A stretch of 64,000 bases of DNA from Octopus vulgaris (taxonomy: Eukaryota), in contig OX597816.1 of assembly GCA_951406725.2 (NCBI GenBank), positions 119,474,001-119,538,000 on the forward strand, written 5' to 3'. Shown here piece after piece: positions 26,497 through 40,471 of the stretch. Position 1 is the first letter of the stretch; every line of letters begins with the position of its first letter. Made by a program: the position numbers and the translations under genes. The notes under the pieces are model-generated. The model was not told the origin of the DNA. It saw nothing but the letters and a program-made list of their open reading frames with translations, and did not search any database.

Positions 26497-26892
26497 GAGG
26501 TTGGCAGAAACGTTAGCACGCCGGGCGAAATGCTTAGCGGTATTTCGTCTGCCAATTACATTGTGAGTTCAAATTCCGCCGAGGTCGACTTTGCCTTTCA
26601 TCCTTTCGGGGTCGATAAATTAAGTACCAGTTACGCACTGGGGTCGATGTAATCGACTTAATCCGTTTGTCTGTCCTTGTTTGTCCTCTCTGTGTGTAGC
26701 CCCTTGTGGGTAGTTAAGAAATAGGTATTTCGTCTGTCGCTACGTTCTGAGATCAAACTCCGCCGAAGTGATTTTGCCTTTCATCCTTTTGGGGTCGATG
26801 AGATGAGCACCAGTCAAGTGCTGGGGTTGATGTAATCGACTAGTCTCCTACCTCAAATTTCAGGCATTGTGCCTATAGTAGAAAGGATTATA
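26497..26892 (+). mobile_element. SINE family 1 dimer (monomer with Tx1-like tail fused to a 5'-truncated monomer with the other tail)
   Basis: Two copies of the core with the junction AAGAAATAGGTATTTCGTCTG. Same architecture at 51232-51614. Confidence 0.9.
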
Positions 26893-27227
26893 ACTGCTAG
26901 TTGTCACTGAGATTTTGATTCAGGGATTGTGAATTTGGCTGAGCATGTATATCCTAGTTGCAATGCGTCGAACAAATTACTTGAATCGTACCAACATAAT
27001 TTTCTGTCGCTGTTATCTTTCTCTATTCTTTATATTTATGATATCAAAGTATTTCGATACATTTTTGATACAATTATGGCTTCTTTAGGTTTTTTTAGGC
27101 GTAGGCAAGGCCGTATGGGAAGAAACTTGCTTCTCAACCACTTGGTTGCGGGTTCAGCCCCACTGCGTAGCATCTTGGGCATGTGTCTTCAATTATAGCC
27201 TCAGGTCGACCTAAGTCGTCTAAGTGG

Positions 27228-27290
<63 letters not shown>

Positions 27291-27293
27291 TGT

Positions 27294-27364
<71 letters not shown>

Positions 27365-27943
27365 TGTTTGTCCCCAACAATTGGTGTTGGTGTGTTTACG
27401 TCCCCGTAACTTAGCGGTTCGGCAAACGATATCGTTGGAATAAGTACCAGGCTTACAGAACAAACAATAAGTACTGGGGCCGATTCAATCGACTAAGAAT
27501 TCTTCAAGGCGATGCTCCAGTATGTTCACAGTCTAATGACTGAAACGAGTAAAAGATGAAAGATATGATCGACAATCTTCTGCACATTTGAAATGTTATC
27601 TTCAGCGGACACAGTTCGGTTAACTGTTGTGATAATCGAAGTATATTTGTATGTGAAAGCTAATACGAACACTTATGTGATGGGAATTTGGGTCCGGGAC
27701 TCTTTTATAATGGGTACTTTTGACGACAACCTAGCGTCTGCTCTCAAAAATACTGCATATGCCAAACTTGATGCGTATTATTATCAACTATGCAGAAAAT
27801 CTTTGTAATGTCCAGATACACCACATCTACTTTTCAACTGGTTTAGAAGCTGCTTTAACATCCAAACATAATGCAACTGTCTTGACCTGTGAGAATGAGT
27901 GCCTAGCTGTTTCTTGCAATAATTACATCTAAAGTAAAAAAAT

Positions 27944-28060
27944 TTCATGAACCCTTAAGATACTACTGTAGATCCCTAATTTACTATTTTGCTTACGTGG
28001 ACCCCAAAAGTCATATATGGACTCCCACAGGTCATATAGACCCTTCTTGAGAACCACTGG
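27944..28060. mobile_element. hAT (Charlie-type) terminal fragment
   Basis: Ends TTGAGAACCACTG (reverse complement CAGTGGTTCTCAA) with GGACCCC-type subterminal repeats. Partner end not found. Confidence 0.5.
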
Positions 28061-29125
28061 TCTAAACAGACAATTAGATTATCACATTATATGTCGTTCT
28101 CCTCTAAGAATGTAATCAATTTTTCTTTTGTAACTCTCAAATTCCGCGGAGGTCGACTTTGCCTTTCATCCTTTCCGAGTCGATAAATTAAGTACTAGTT
28201 GCGTACTGGGGTCGATCTAAACGACTAGCCCCTTCCTCAAAACTTTCAGATCTTGTGCCTACAGTAGAAAAGAATTTTTCATTTTTAACTCGTTCCATTA
28301 GTTTGCTGGTTTCTGAAGTTAGAATGATAGCCTTACAGTGCTTAACATCTGTTTTATTTCTTCCGTTGTGGTTTGGACAATGTCTTCGACAAATATCTTG
28401 TATGTTATCACTTCTTGTATAAAGTATCCAAAGTTGTCAATCAAGACGTTTTTCCTTGCCTTTAGCAGAATTATTGTGAAACTTACATGGCGTGTAACTT
28501 ACTGAGTTGAAGTTCGTTAACTCATTATAGTAATTTTTTCAAAATTTAACCTTAACATTTCTCTTGGAGGCACGTATACCGATCCCCTCAAAAATACAAC
28601 AAGAGCAAAAATAACTGTGACAATCTCAAGCCAATGAAAGAGCATCATCTCTGTGGTCAATGAACCCGCAAGAAACTGCAGCCAAATCTCCCTCGTTTTA
28701 AGCTTTGCGGTCTTGAATAAGAAAAGGATACACTGAACAATGATGCAAACTCACATATTCCTTAAACAAATGAGAGGCTTACGGTTGTAATCATAGATTT
28801 GCACAATCATGATTGACTTGGCGTTTAACAACAAATTCAGCAGCAACAGCAGTAATAACGTCAGTAAAAACCTTAGATGGACCCTATGGGGAGATTCTCA
28901 ACTTTTCAATATCTCTTGAGAATTGCAGGAGTAGTTTTAATGAATAATGATTAATGTAATGATAAACATTTATACTTTGTTCCCAATCCTCTCCTCATCT
29001 AAAATAAAACACACACACACACACCATAAATTTATATATGTATGTATGAACGTATATGTATGTATATATATATATATGTATACATGTATGTACCTATATA
29101 GCTATATATGCATATATATATATAT

Positions 29126-29185
<60 letters not shown>

Positions 29186-29258
29186 ATACACACATATATA
29201 TATATTCATATATATGTATGTCTACATGCTTGTATGTATGTGTATAATTGAGTGTGTA

Positions 29259-29296
<38 letters not shown>

Positions 29297-29308
29297 TATA
29301 TATATGTC

Positions 29309-29341
<33 letters not shown>

Positions 29342-30128
29342 ATTAATGGAGCTACAATAAATTTTAAGATAATCTATTGAATCTGCAAAAGCCCCTCCTC
29401 TCTCCCTATTAAAATAGCAGAAATACAAGCATTAGTTTGAAGGAAAGCACCAACGGTCCTTCTCAAATCTTATATATTATAAATATGTGTGTGCATTGTA
29501 TGTATGCATGTATGTATGTATGTATGTATGTATGTGTGTATGCATGCATGTATGCATGTATGTATGTATGTATGTATGTATGTATGTATGTATGTATGTA
29601 TGTATGTATGTATGTATGTATGTATGTATGTGTGTATGTATGTGTGTATGTATGTGTGTATGTATGTATGTATGTATGTATGTACATGAGAAGCGATCCA
29701 TGTTTACAGAGGATACGCATGCTGAGCTAAAGCAAAATTATTAAGAAAAATTAGTCTGACTTGCAAATATATTGATAATAACATAAAATACTTATTTATA
29801 AAAAGAGACGCAACAAACTAAACATTGTAAATGTTACTTTAGTTGGTTTTTGTCCGAATATATTTCGCTTAGTTAAGCAAGTAATGAGTTGGTACAATAC
29901 AATTTAGTTTTCTGCGCCGGAACATCATCGCCTGTAAACTAACAAACATGATATTTAAGAGAATAAAACTGCGATGAAAACAACATCAACAATAACGACA
30001 GCTACAACAACAAAACAACAATAATTGTAATACTAATAAGAATAATAACAACCATATTATTGTTGTTGTTGTTATGACCGCCATCATCATCATCATTATT
30101 ACTATCATCATCATCATCGTCGTCGTCG

Positions 30129-30201
<73 letters not shown>

Positions 30202-30318
30202 TATTATTATTATTATGTCATTTTTCCCAAATATTCAAGGATAGATTTGAAAATAATTTGTTTAACAAGCTAGAAATAAAACTTCTGCTATCGAAGCAAA
30301 ATACAAACAAAAAGAGAC

Positions 30319-30386
<68 letters not shown>

Positions 30387-30806
30387 TGATGATGATAACA
30401 ACAACAACTTAAAGTCAACTTCTTTGTTATTACAATCTTTTAAAAATATTTTTTGTTTTATTTTCTTCAAATCCATCATTTCAATATATTTTCTCGAGTC
30501 TTTTATGATTTATTCCAAAAGAATAGACTTCATTTCATGAAATAAATGTGTATAACGGTATTATTTGCAGATATTATATGCAGACATCATCATACATAGA
30601 CACCATATGCACATAGCATTATATTCACTTGTATAAAGATGTTTTTAAAACAGCAACAAATACATGAGAGGAGCCAAGAGAGAATATATATATATAAATA
30701 TAATAAACGAACAAAAACGACAGAAAGGAAGGAAGGAAGGAAAAGAGGAAAGAAAGAAAGGAGGAAGGCAGGAAGGAAGGAAGGAAGGAAGGAAGGAAGG
30801 AAGGAG

Positions 30807-30837
<31 letters not shown>

Positions 30838-31090
30838 AAAAAGAAAGAAAGAAAGAAAGAAATTAACCTCAGTATTTAGATGTGGGTGAAACCATTCTGA
30901 AAAATATCGTGGACGTTCCTCAAGATCATTATATACCCACACGCACACACATACATAAATACATACATGCATACATACATACATACATACATACATACAT
31001 ACATACATACATGCATACATGCATACATACATACATACATACATACATACATACATACATACATACATACATACATACATACATACATAC

Positions 31091-31595
31091 GAACGAAGTT
31101 GACTATACTGAAACCGATTAATCAAAAAAAATATTGGGGGAACTTAAGAATTAAAACAGTCACCAAGACCGGTCAGATATAATTTCTGCGGGACCAAAAA
31201 AAAAAGATATGTTCCGTTGTGGAAATGAGTTGCTCTCTGGACGAAAATGTGGTTAGAAAAATACAAGAGAAGGATGACATTTATGGACCATTGTTAAGGA
31301 GTTTGCAAATCCAGTACCCAGGACACATTTTCAGCTTCATACCTATTATTATTGTAGCAACAGGATGCATACCAACCCGTCTGGAGCAAAGTATGGCTGA
31401 ACTTGGGATCTTGGGGAGAGAACGGAAATCCTTAATTCATATGCTACAAATGATAACGATAACAGGAACTATAAAAATCTGCAAGACTTTCTTAAGATTT
31501 AAAAGATGATGGTTAAAAGGTATTTTTCCTTTACAACCTTGCTACCAAGTTAAGTGGCCAGTCAAAATTGACTCTAAAATTAAAAAAAAAGAGAA
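31091..31595 (+). mobile_element. (CATA)n-flanked REL-endonuclease LINE, 5'-truncated 3' end
   Basis: YWGNLRIKT.. then VEMSC..DEN...QEKDDIYGPLLRSLQIQYP..FIPIII..TG...ITGTIKICKTFLRF (REL C-terminal half). (CATA)n tracts immediately on both sides. Confidence 0.8.
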
Positions 31596-32099
31596 CATAC
31601 ATACATACATACATACATACATACATACATACATACATACATACACATTCGTTATTAGCGATGGAAACAATATTGGTCCAGAACAGCATTCTGTTTATAT
31701 TACTTAATGTGAATATGCTGTACAAAAGTCACAAAAAAATCCACAGTATTCGTCTTGATAAAGCTTCTTATATAGATGTATAGTGCTAAAAAGCAGTGAG
31801 GTTCTTTTATCAGTAGTAGACGAAAAGTGTCCAGCAGCGGGCAAAATAATGTTGCTTTTCAAAGATGGGTTTTCATATTACAAATAAAGTGTGAATCAGT
31901 ATAAAGCACAAACACGCAATGAAAATTTAAACAAAATGTGTCACAGCAAACCATGCGCTGACACTAGTAATATAACACAAAACCAATAAAATCAGCGACC
32001 TTCTAATTGAAAACACACCACTGGTATGCAAGCCTGAGCACAAACTTAGAACGACCAGTGAAATTTATAAGTGTGAATGTAAAAGTGAAACTTCGCAAT

Positions 32100-32550
32100 T
32101 TCAACTGTTATAGCAGCCAAATAAGAATGGATGAGTTAAGTCTTATTCAGTGAGCTCACTTCAGGAAAAATATCACGAGGTTTCTCTCTTCGAAGATACA
32201 AGGATCAATTCAAAGAAACACTGAAAGCCACTGGAATTAAACGTAAATCCTTTGAAATACAAGCTCAAGACCGTAGCAAGTGGCGGTGTTCCATCAAAAT
32301 CTTCGAAGCCACCAGAAAACGGAAGAAATCGAACGACAGAGGAGAAAGGCTCGATAAAATCAACCTCGCCCTCCATCACATTGCCATGCAGTCAATTCTA
32401 TCGACTTTTCTATGCAAGAATTGGTCTACAGAGTCATACAAGACATCACCATAAAGGAAGCGTTCAGCAAAGAAGGAAAAAGTTCTCGCATACGAGATAG
32501 AACCGGCGATGACAATTAGCCTAACAAGTACATTTTCTCAGAGGGTAATC
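32100..32550 (+). mobile_element. RTE (BovB-like) LINE 3' end
   Basis: ELTSGKISRG..RRYKDQFKETLKATGI...AQDRSKWR and PC....RLFYARIGLQSHTRH, the characteristic RTE C-terminus. Confidence 0.8.
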
Positions 32551-32551
32551 T

Positions 32552-32612
<61 letters not shown>

Positions 32613-34659
32613 TACTCACATATATGGGACAGAGCTACTGCTCCACAATTAGGCACACATGCACACACATACGCACACGCGCGCGAAAAAGACTGCATTC
32701 AAATGAAGCCCATTTGATTAGGTGGTAAAACTTCAATTACTAACATGCTTCAATCACTAACTTGCAAACACATTCATTCCTCTTTCTTTCTCCCTTCTTC
32801 CTTTCTTTCTTCCTCTCTTTCCTTTCCTTCCTTTCTCTCCCTCCCTATCTCTCACTCACTCTTTCACTCTCTCTTTCTTCCTCCCTCCCCCCTCTCTCTC
32901 TGCTTCTGCTAATCTTGCTACAACTCTCCGAGGTCCTCTGAATTATCTGCATAACCCTTCCACACAGATCTACCCATCTTACATGTTTCTTCTCTTCCTC
33001 TTCTTGTTATTTCTACTGTGTTATCTCACAGACCGCATTCTAAATATTTCGCATACTCTTCACCCCATAAAATGAAACTCTCTACGATTTTCTTCTGGCA
33101 AAAAGTTTTGTAAAATACAGACCGCAAAATGTTTAAACTGAATATCAGCCATATCAACTTTCACCAATTTGAGAGAAATGCAAAAGGCAATAGCTACTGC
33201 CCACCACCTTTTCATAAAGTTAACTTACAGCCTAAAAATTGGTACTAGATACATTGATATATATTCTCAATTTCCAAATCAACTCGGAGAGGGCTGGAGA
33301 GAATCAACCCCGTATACACTTCACGAGGAAATCCTGTAGTGTTGTTTTATCTTCAACGCAACTTGAAGTATTTTTTTGCAGCAATGTTATTGGAATCAAT
33401 CTTGCTTTATACGCAATGTTTTACAGATACGAGGAATCAAAGAATTGTGGAACTTGTCAGCATCTCGTTTAAATTTCGTATGTTGTTCTAAAAGTATACC
33501 AGAAAGTTTATTACAATGTAAGGTCTATCGATTTAATCAGTGGTAGGGATTGCTGTACAGTAGAACATAGACAAAATGAAAGATTGGGTAGTTACGGCTT
33601 GAATGTCTTTAATAAGACTAGGTGGTTACGGTTTGAATGTCTTGAAGGTTGATCGTGTCTTAAACAGAATATGGTGATAAACATAGAATGGGATAATTTA
33701 GTTCATCCGAGCGATCTTCAGATATGGATGGTTTGTTCTTATGTTTTGCTTCGTTTTATAGACAAAATCTCGGGTTCGGTACGTTCATCCACCTCATACG
33801 TTCGTTACTCACGAGAAAAAAGCTTTGTAACACGAATTATTGAAGGAAAGTTCTACATAATCTATCGTTTTTTGTGGGTTTTTTTTGCTTGTTTGTTTAA
33901 CATGCTTACAACACGATTTAAGTCCAAAATCGTTACTTTTTATAAATTTTGTCTTTCTAATCCATTTAGTTTTGTATTTTGTTCTCTTTGATACGTCATA
34001 ACAGCTCTTTGTTACCGTCTGTCGATGACGGTTATCATAGAAACAGTTACTATAAATACAGTGACGTGTAAGGTTCCTATAGCGATAGTTGCTGAAGATA
34101 CGGTGTCCATAGAAACATAATATCTCTTTAAATATATTTTCCCGCCTAGTAAGGAAAGCGATGATAATTAAAACTACATAAGTGGAGGTATGTTTGTGTG
34201 TGTGATTAAGAAGGAGTGCTTCACTACATAGGTCTGGGTTCATCGTCGGAATTGTTAAAGTGTCGGGAAAATGCCTTACAGTATATCCTTTAGTTCTTTA
34301 CAGTCTGAGTTCAAATCCTGTTTAAGTCAACATGCCTTTCATCCCTCCGGGATCGATTAAATGTAGTACTAGTGAAATACTGTGGCCGTTGTAATTGTCT
34401 AATCATATCCCCTCGAAAATTGGTGATGAATTGGCAGAATCGTTAGATCATCGGAGAAATGTCCAACGGCATTTGCTCTGAGTCTTTATATTCTGAGCTC
34501 AAATCCCGCAAAGGACAACTTTGCCTTTTCTCCTCGCGGGATCAATAAAAATGAAGGACCAACCAAATACTGGAGACGAAGGTGTCGACTAATTTTCACC
34601 CTTTAAAATTACTGCTCTTGTCCAATGATTATTATTGCTGCTGTTTCATGCTAATTTAA

Positions 34660-34980
34660 CTAGCAGGGCTGTTATCTTGAGATTTGATGGCAACAAGCCT
34701 CCTCAAGGGCACCAATTATTACAGAAATAATTGTTGTCTTAATCATTTACACTCTCTTCATCACTCTGGCTAGGTTCTGATATTTCTGATACTGTTTTTT
34801 TCTTCTTTTCAATTTCTTTGATATCCACTCTGTCATCATTTGGAATCGCAAAGTCCTTAACCTACACTTTCTTTTTGTCATCCACAATCATACCTGGTTT
34901 CCTTGAGTCAATAGTATGGTCAGTCTTTGTGGGTTTAAGTCCCACAAAATCTTGTAATTTTATTCTCTGTCTCCACCTCT
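34660..34980 (-). mobile_element. R4/Dong-clade LINE, old REL fragment
   Basis: Minus strand KILWD, DHTIDSRKPGMIV, DFAIPNDDRV, KYQNLAR, VIIGAL. Confidence 0.7.
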
Positions 34981-35054
34981 GGTCCGTGTTCAATCGACTC
35001 ATTCTCTCCTCCGAACTTACTGGCCTTGTGCCAAAATTATTATCGTTGTTGTTG

Positions 35055-35895
35055 TTATTTGATAAAACTCTCAGCTTACTTTTCTGAGTATGATGGGAAG
35101 TGTCAGTTGTCCATAGACTAAGGTGACATTTGTTTACTGGTCATGCTTCAAGAACCCTGCAAAGAATTCTTGCAGTTTCATGCAATGCTGATTTTGTAGG
35201 TGTTCTATCTGTACCAATCTTTTTGAGCCATGCTGGTAGTTGAGTGCCAAAACTTCCAAGTGTACCAATTACTATTTGTATCACGTCTACTCCCCTCATT
35301 GACCACAGCCTTCGTATTTCCCACTTCAAATCATCGTAGTTCAGCTTTTCTTCTTTCTTTGATCCTGTTGTCACCGGGACATGATATATCGATTATTATG
35401 CATGTTCTTTCTTTTTTTATTCATAACAACAATGTCCGGTTTCCGATGTCTGGTCAGGTGATCACACTGAATCATTATATCCCAAAGTATTTTGTAATTT
35501 TCATTCTCGATGACTCTTTCTGCGGTTTTCTCATACCACGTTTCTGCTCTTTGTAGGCCGTGATTTCCACAGAGCCCCTAGTGGATCATTCTTGCCACAT
35601 TGTCATGTCATCTTTTGTATTCGCGTTGTGCCAATTTCGGGCATTCGCTAACGATGTGCCATACCGTTTCACCCCTCTCACAACACATTCTGCATTTGTC
35701 GCTGTCGGTAGTGTTGCCGATTCTGCACTTCACATAGTTAGTCCTTGGCACTTGTTCTTGTGCTGCGCATATAAGTGCTTCCGTTTCTATCTTCTGGTTA
35801 CTCCTCATCCATAGCCACCGGCCTTCTGTACCTGTCTTGACGTTCGTATAACTTACAAATTGTCGGTACATTTTTTAATTCTTCCATGCTGTTTC

Positions 35896-35988
<93 letters not shown>

Positions 35989-36735
35989 CTTTTCCCCTTT
36001 AAGTTTTTTCTTTCTTTACACAATTATCAGTTTTAATGACACCGGACTTCTTCACGAGTTTCAACAATGGTTCCACGGTATTTTTTACATACCACCCTAA
36101 CCTGTTTTCCTTGGTTTCGATATAACCCTGGTAAGTGATCGAACCTTTCCCACCCTTTCTGTTGGGCAATCGGTCTCACTCTTAGGGAGGAAAGCTCCGT
36201 GCACTGTCAATATTTTTCTTGTCTTCGTGTCCATTTTCATCAGTCATAAACTTTTGACAGTTTATGATTCCAACTCTATACAGAAGTGATGCTATCGCCC
36301 ATGTATTAACTGCTTGGATTTCATTCCATCCGGTCGATTCTGAAAGTAATACCCATCATAGTCTTCGGAAATATTCCATCTTCAGTTGTTTTTTCATTTC
36401 CTTCCCTATGATTTCGTTGAAATCTAGTATGCCAAGGTATTTGTAACCTTCCGTTCCAATTTGTTTAATCAGTTCTTTATTAGGTAATTCTATCCCTGGT
36501 AGGGATTGTGCCTTGCCACTTTTCAGGTACATTATACCACGCCTCTTGAGTCCAAATTCCATTCTAATATCCGCGCTAATTCAGTGGACCGTGTTCACTA
36601 GAGAACTCATCTGTACCTCATCCTTGCCATACAGCTTCAAATCATCCATGAAGAGGAGGTGGTTGATTGTTCGAAATTTTCCTTTTAACCGATATCCTAG
36701 GTTCATTTTCATGAGAACCAAGGTCAGAGGGAGTA
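35055..36735 (-). mobile_element. R4/Dong-clade LINE, decayed (RT plus REL)
   Basis: INHLLFMDDLKLYGKD, YKYLGI, ETEALICAAQEQ, CRMC..GETVWHIVSEC.KLAQREYKR, ARILCRVLEA. (TTA)n at its 5' side. Confidence 0.92.
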
Positions 36736-37258
<523 letters not shown>

Positions 37259-37278
37259 ATTATTATTATTATTATTAA

Positions 37279-37333
<55 letters not shown>

Positions 37334-37336
<3 letters not shown>

Positions 37337-39740
37337 TAGTTTTATTTTTATAGCGTGCTTTCACTTCACTACCGAGCGCAGCTCTGTGTGCCTTGGGTAT
37401 GTGCTGTGATTTGTTGTGATGCTCTGATGGTTATTGTATGGAAAGTGTTCTGCGTAGGATGTGTGCAGTGCCTAGTAGTGCAATTTTCTGTATGTTATAT
37501 GTGTTTGTAAGTCCTGGTGTTTTTGTTATGTATTTGTCTGGATATTTTTTTATCATGCCTAATGCACCTACTATGATAGGAATTGTTTCTGTTTTTAGAT
37601 TCCACATTCTGGTTACCTCTATTTCCAGGTCTTTGTATTTTGAGAGTTTCTCCATTTCTTTTAGAGACACATTGTCATCTGCCGGTATTGATACATCAAT
37701 TAGAAAGCATTTTTTTTCTTCATGATCTCTGACAACTATATCTGGCCTATTGGCCTTAATTTCTCTATCTGTGTGGATTGGCATATCCCAGAGTATGGTT
37801 GCTTTCTCGTTTTCTGTGACCTTTTCTGGTGTGTGCCTATACCATCTTTTTTCTGTTGTTATTCCATAATGTTGGCATAGTTTCCAGTGTATATAGGTCC
37901 CAACTCTGTCGTGTCTGTGAATATATTCCTTCTTAGCCAGGACTGGGCAGCTAGAGATAATATGATTTATTGTTTCTTGTCCATCTCCACATATTCTGCA
38001 GTTACTTGTTATATTTCTTTTCATTACATGTTTTTGGTAATTTCTGGTGGGCAGGCTTTGGTCTTGTGCTGCAATTAAAAATCCCTCTGTCTCTGCTTTG
38101 AGTACTGAGCTTCTCAACCAATGCTGGGATTTTTCTTTGTCTATATCTTTTGCGTTTAGGCCAGTATTTACCATGAAGGGGCTTTTCTTGCCATCGTTTT
38201 ATCATGGTTCGTTGCTGTTCTATTTTTAGTTTGGATTTCATTTGTTTTATAGCTTTTGTTGTTTCTTCATCCTCTTCTTCTTCTTCTTCATATTTATTAG
38301 GTGGTATGATTTCTTGTTTGTATTTATCAGCTTCCTTAAATACTGAGAACAGTTTTTTGTTTTGCTCGTGTTTTGCCGCTATTTGTATCAGTTTTCCTTC
38401 CTTCTGAAGTAGATATGTTTGAAGTCCTATAGTGGTTATTTTATAGTAGTTTTCTAGCTGTATAAGGCCTCTACCACTTTCTATACGTTTTATATATAGT
38501 CTTTCTATGTCAGATTTTGGGTGATGCATCCTAGATCCTGTCATTATTTTTCTTGTTTTCCTATCTATTTTGGTCAGTTCATTTAGAGTCCAGTTAAGGA
38601 TATTGTAGCTGTAACTTATAACTGGGACAGCTAAAGTGTTAATACCTATTATCTTGTTTTTAGCATTGAGCTCTGTTTTTAGCATTGAGCTCTGTTTTTA
38701 GTATTGATCTAACTCGTCTATAATATTCTTTTTTTATTTTCTCTGTCATTTGTGTGTGTTGTGTCTTATCTAGTTCATGGATTCCTAAGTATTTGTAAGT
38801 TTGGCTTTGGTCTAATTCTTTTATTTCATTGGTTTTATCTAGTGTGATGTTGCTACTCTCAACTAGTTTTCCTCTTTTCATGGTTACTTTGGCGCATTTT
38901 TCTAATCCAAATTTCATATCTATTTCTTTGGTAAATCCATGAACTGTCTTTAATAGCGTTTCCAGCTGTTTGTCATTTGCAGCGTATAGTTTTAGGTCAT
39001 CCATATATAAAAGGTGGTTGATCGTTTTGCCGTAACATTTATATCCGCATCCAGTTCTATTTAGCATATCAGATAGAGGTGACAGTGCCAAGTAGAAAAG
39101 GAGTGGAGAGAGCGTGTCTCCCTGGAATATTCCTCTTCTAATGGGGATGGCTTTGGTTTTCATGAGTCCCTCTTTTGTTTGGAGCTGTAGCACTGTTTGC
39201 TATTTATTCATAGAGTGCCCTATGAATTTCATAATTGTTGGTGCTACTTTTTTAATGGCAAGTGTTTCGAGGATCCATGTGTAGGGGATGCTATCAAACG
39301 CCTTTTTGTAGTCGATCCAGGCCATACTGAGGCCTTTCTTCTTTCTGTGGCTGTCTTCAGTTATGGCTTTATTAATCATTAGTTGATCTTTACAGCCATA
39401 TGAGCCTTTGCGGCATCCTTTCTGCTCTTCTGGGAACAGGTTGTTTTCGTCCAGGTGCTTGTTCAACCTTTGCGATATCACTGCAGTAAATGCCTTGTAC
39501 ATTGTAGGGAGACAGGTTATTAGTCTGTAGTTTTCTGGTTTTGCTGTCTCATTTGATTTGGGAATTAAGATGGTTTTCCCCTTCGTGAGCCATTCAGGCA
39601 TTGTCTCTGGCTCTGCTAGTATGTTGTTAAAGTTTTCAGCTAGCTTTTTGTGCATTCCTGTTAGATATTTCAACCAGAAGTTGGGGATCTTGTCATGCCC
39701 AGGTGCCTTCCAGTTGCTTAGTCTTTGCAGTCCTGGGTGA
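37334..39740 (-). mobile_element. R4/Dong-clade LINE, young 5'-truncated copy with RT, CCHC and REL; few inactivating lesions
   Basis: WKAPGHDKIPNFWLK, NYRLITCL, WIDYKKAFDS, GIFQGDTLSP, HLLYMDDLKLY, CRIC..ETINHIISSC, RHD, NRPDIVV. Lesions: stop near 39200, 19-bp tandem duplication near 38655-38700, frameshift near 38160. (TTA)n on both sides. Confidence 0.96.
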
Positions 39741-39804
39741 CCTCTTCAGTTGTTATGGGGGTCCAAAGTTTTTATTATTATTATTATTATTATTATTAAT
39801 ATTA

Positions 39805-39895
<91 letters not shown>

Positions 39896-40334
39896 GGCGG
39901 CTAGCTGACAGAATCGTTAGCACGCGGGACAAAATGCTTAGCGACATTTCGCCCGTATTTACGTTTTGTATTCAAATTCTGCCGAGGTCGACTTTGACTT
40001 TCATTGTTTCGAGATCGATAAAATAGCTACCAGTTGAGTACTGGGGTGGATGGTATAGAAATTACTACTCCCACCTAAATTTAGTCCTTGTGCATATAAT
40101 AGAAAGTATTTTGATTGGGGTGACAGAATCATTACCCCGCCGGAAAAATTGCTTAGCGGCATTTCGTTCGTCTTTACGATCTGGGCACAAATTCCGCCGA
40201 GATCGACCTTGCTTTTCATCCCTTTCGGGGTCGATGAAATAAGTACCAGTAGAATACTGGGGTCGAAGTAAAATTTCAGCTCTTGTACTAAAATTTGAAA
40301 TCGGCAATATTATCATTATTATTATTATTGTTGC

Positions 40335-40376
<42 letters not shown>

Positions 40377-40471
40377 AGACGTCACACAGTATCCAATATC
40401 GTAATGTTGAAGCCCAATATACCCATCATGACTACCCGTCTGATAAGAGCACATCAGGTTCATGCATTACA

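Noticed and set aside
30129-30385. Facing (TTA)n and (TAA)n tracts as a hairpin element
   Set aside because: The arms are only simple repeats and the spacer has no TIR or TSD; expected by chance at this microsatellite density.
37431-39673. Programmed frameshifting or readthrough across the Dong ORFs
   Set aside because: The breaks are explained by a 19-bp tandem duplication, a probable small deletion and a probable TGG-to-TAG change, i.e. ordinary inactivating mutations.
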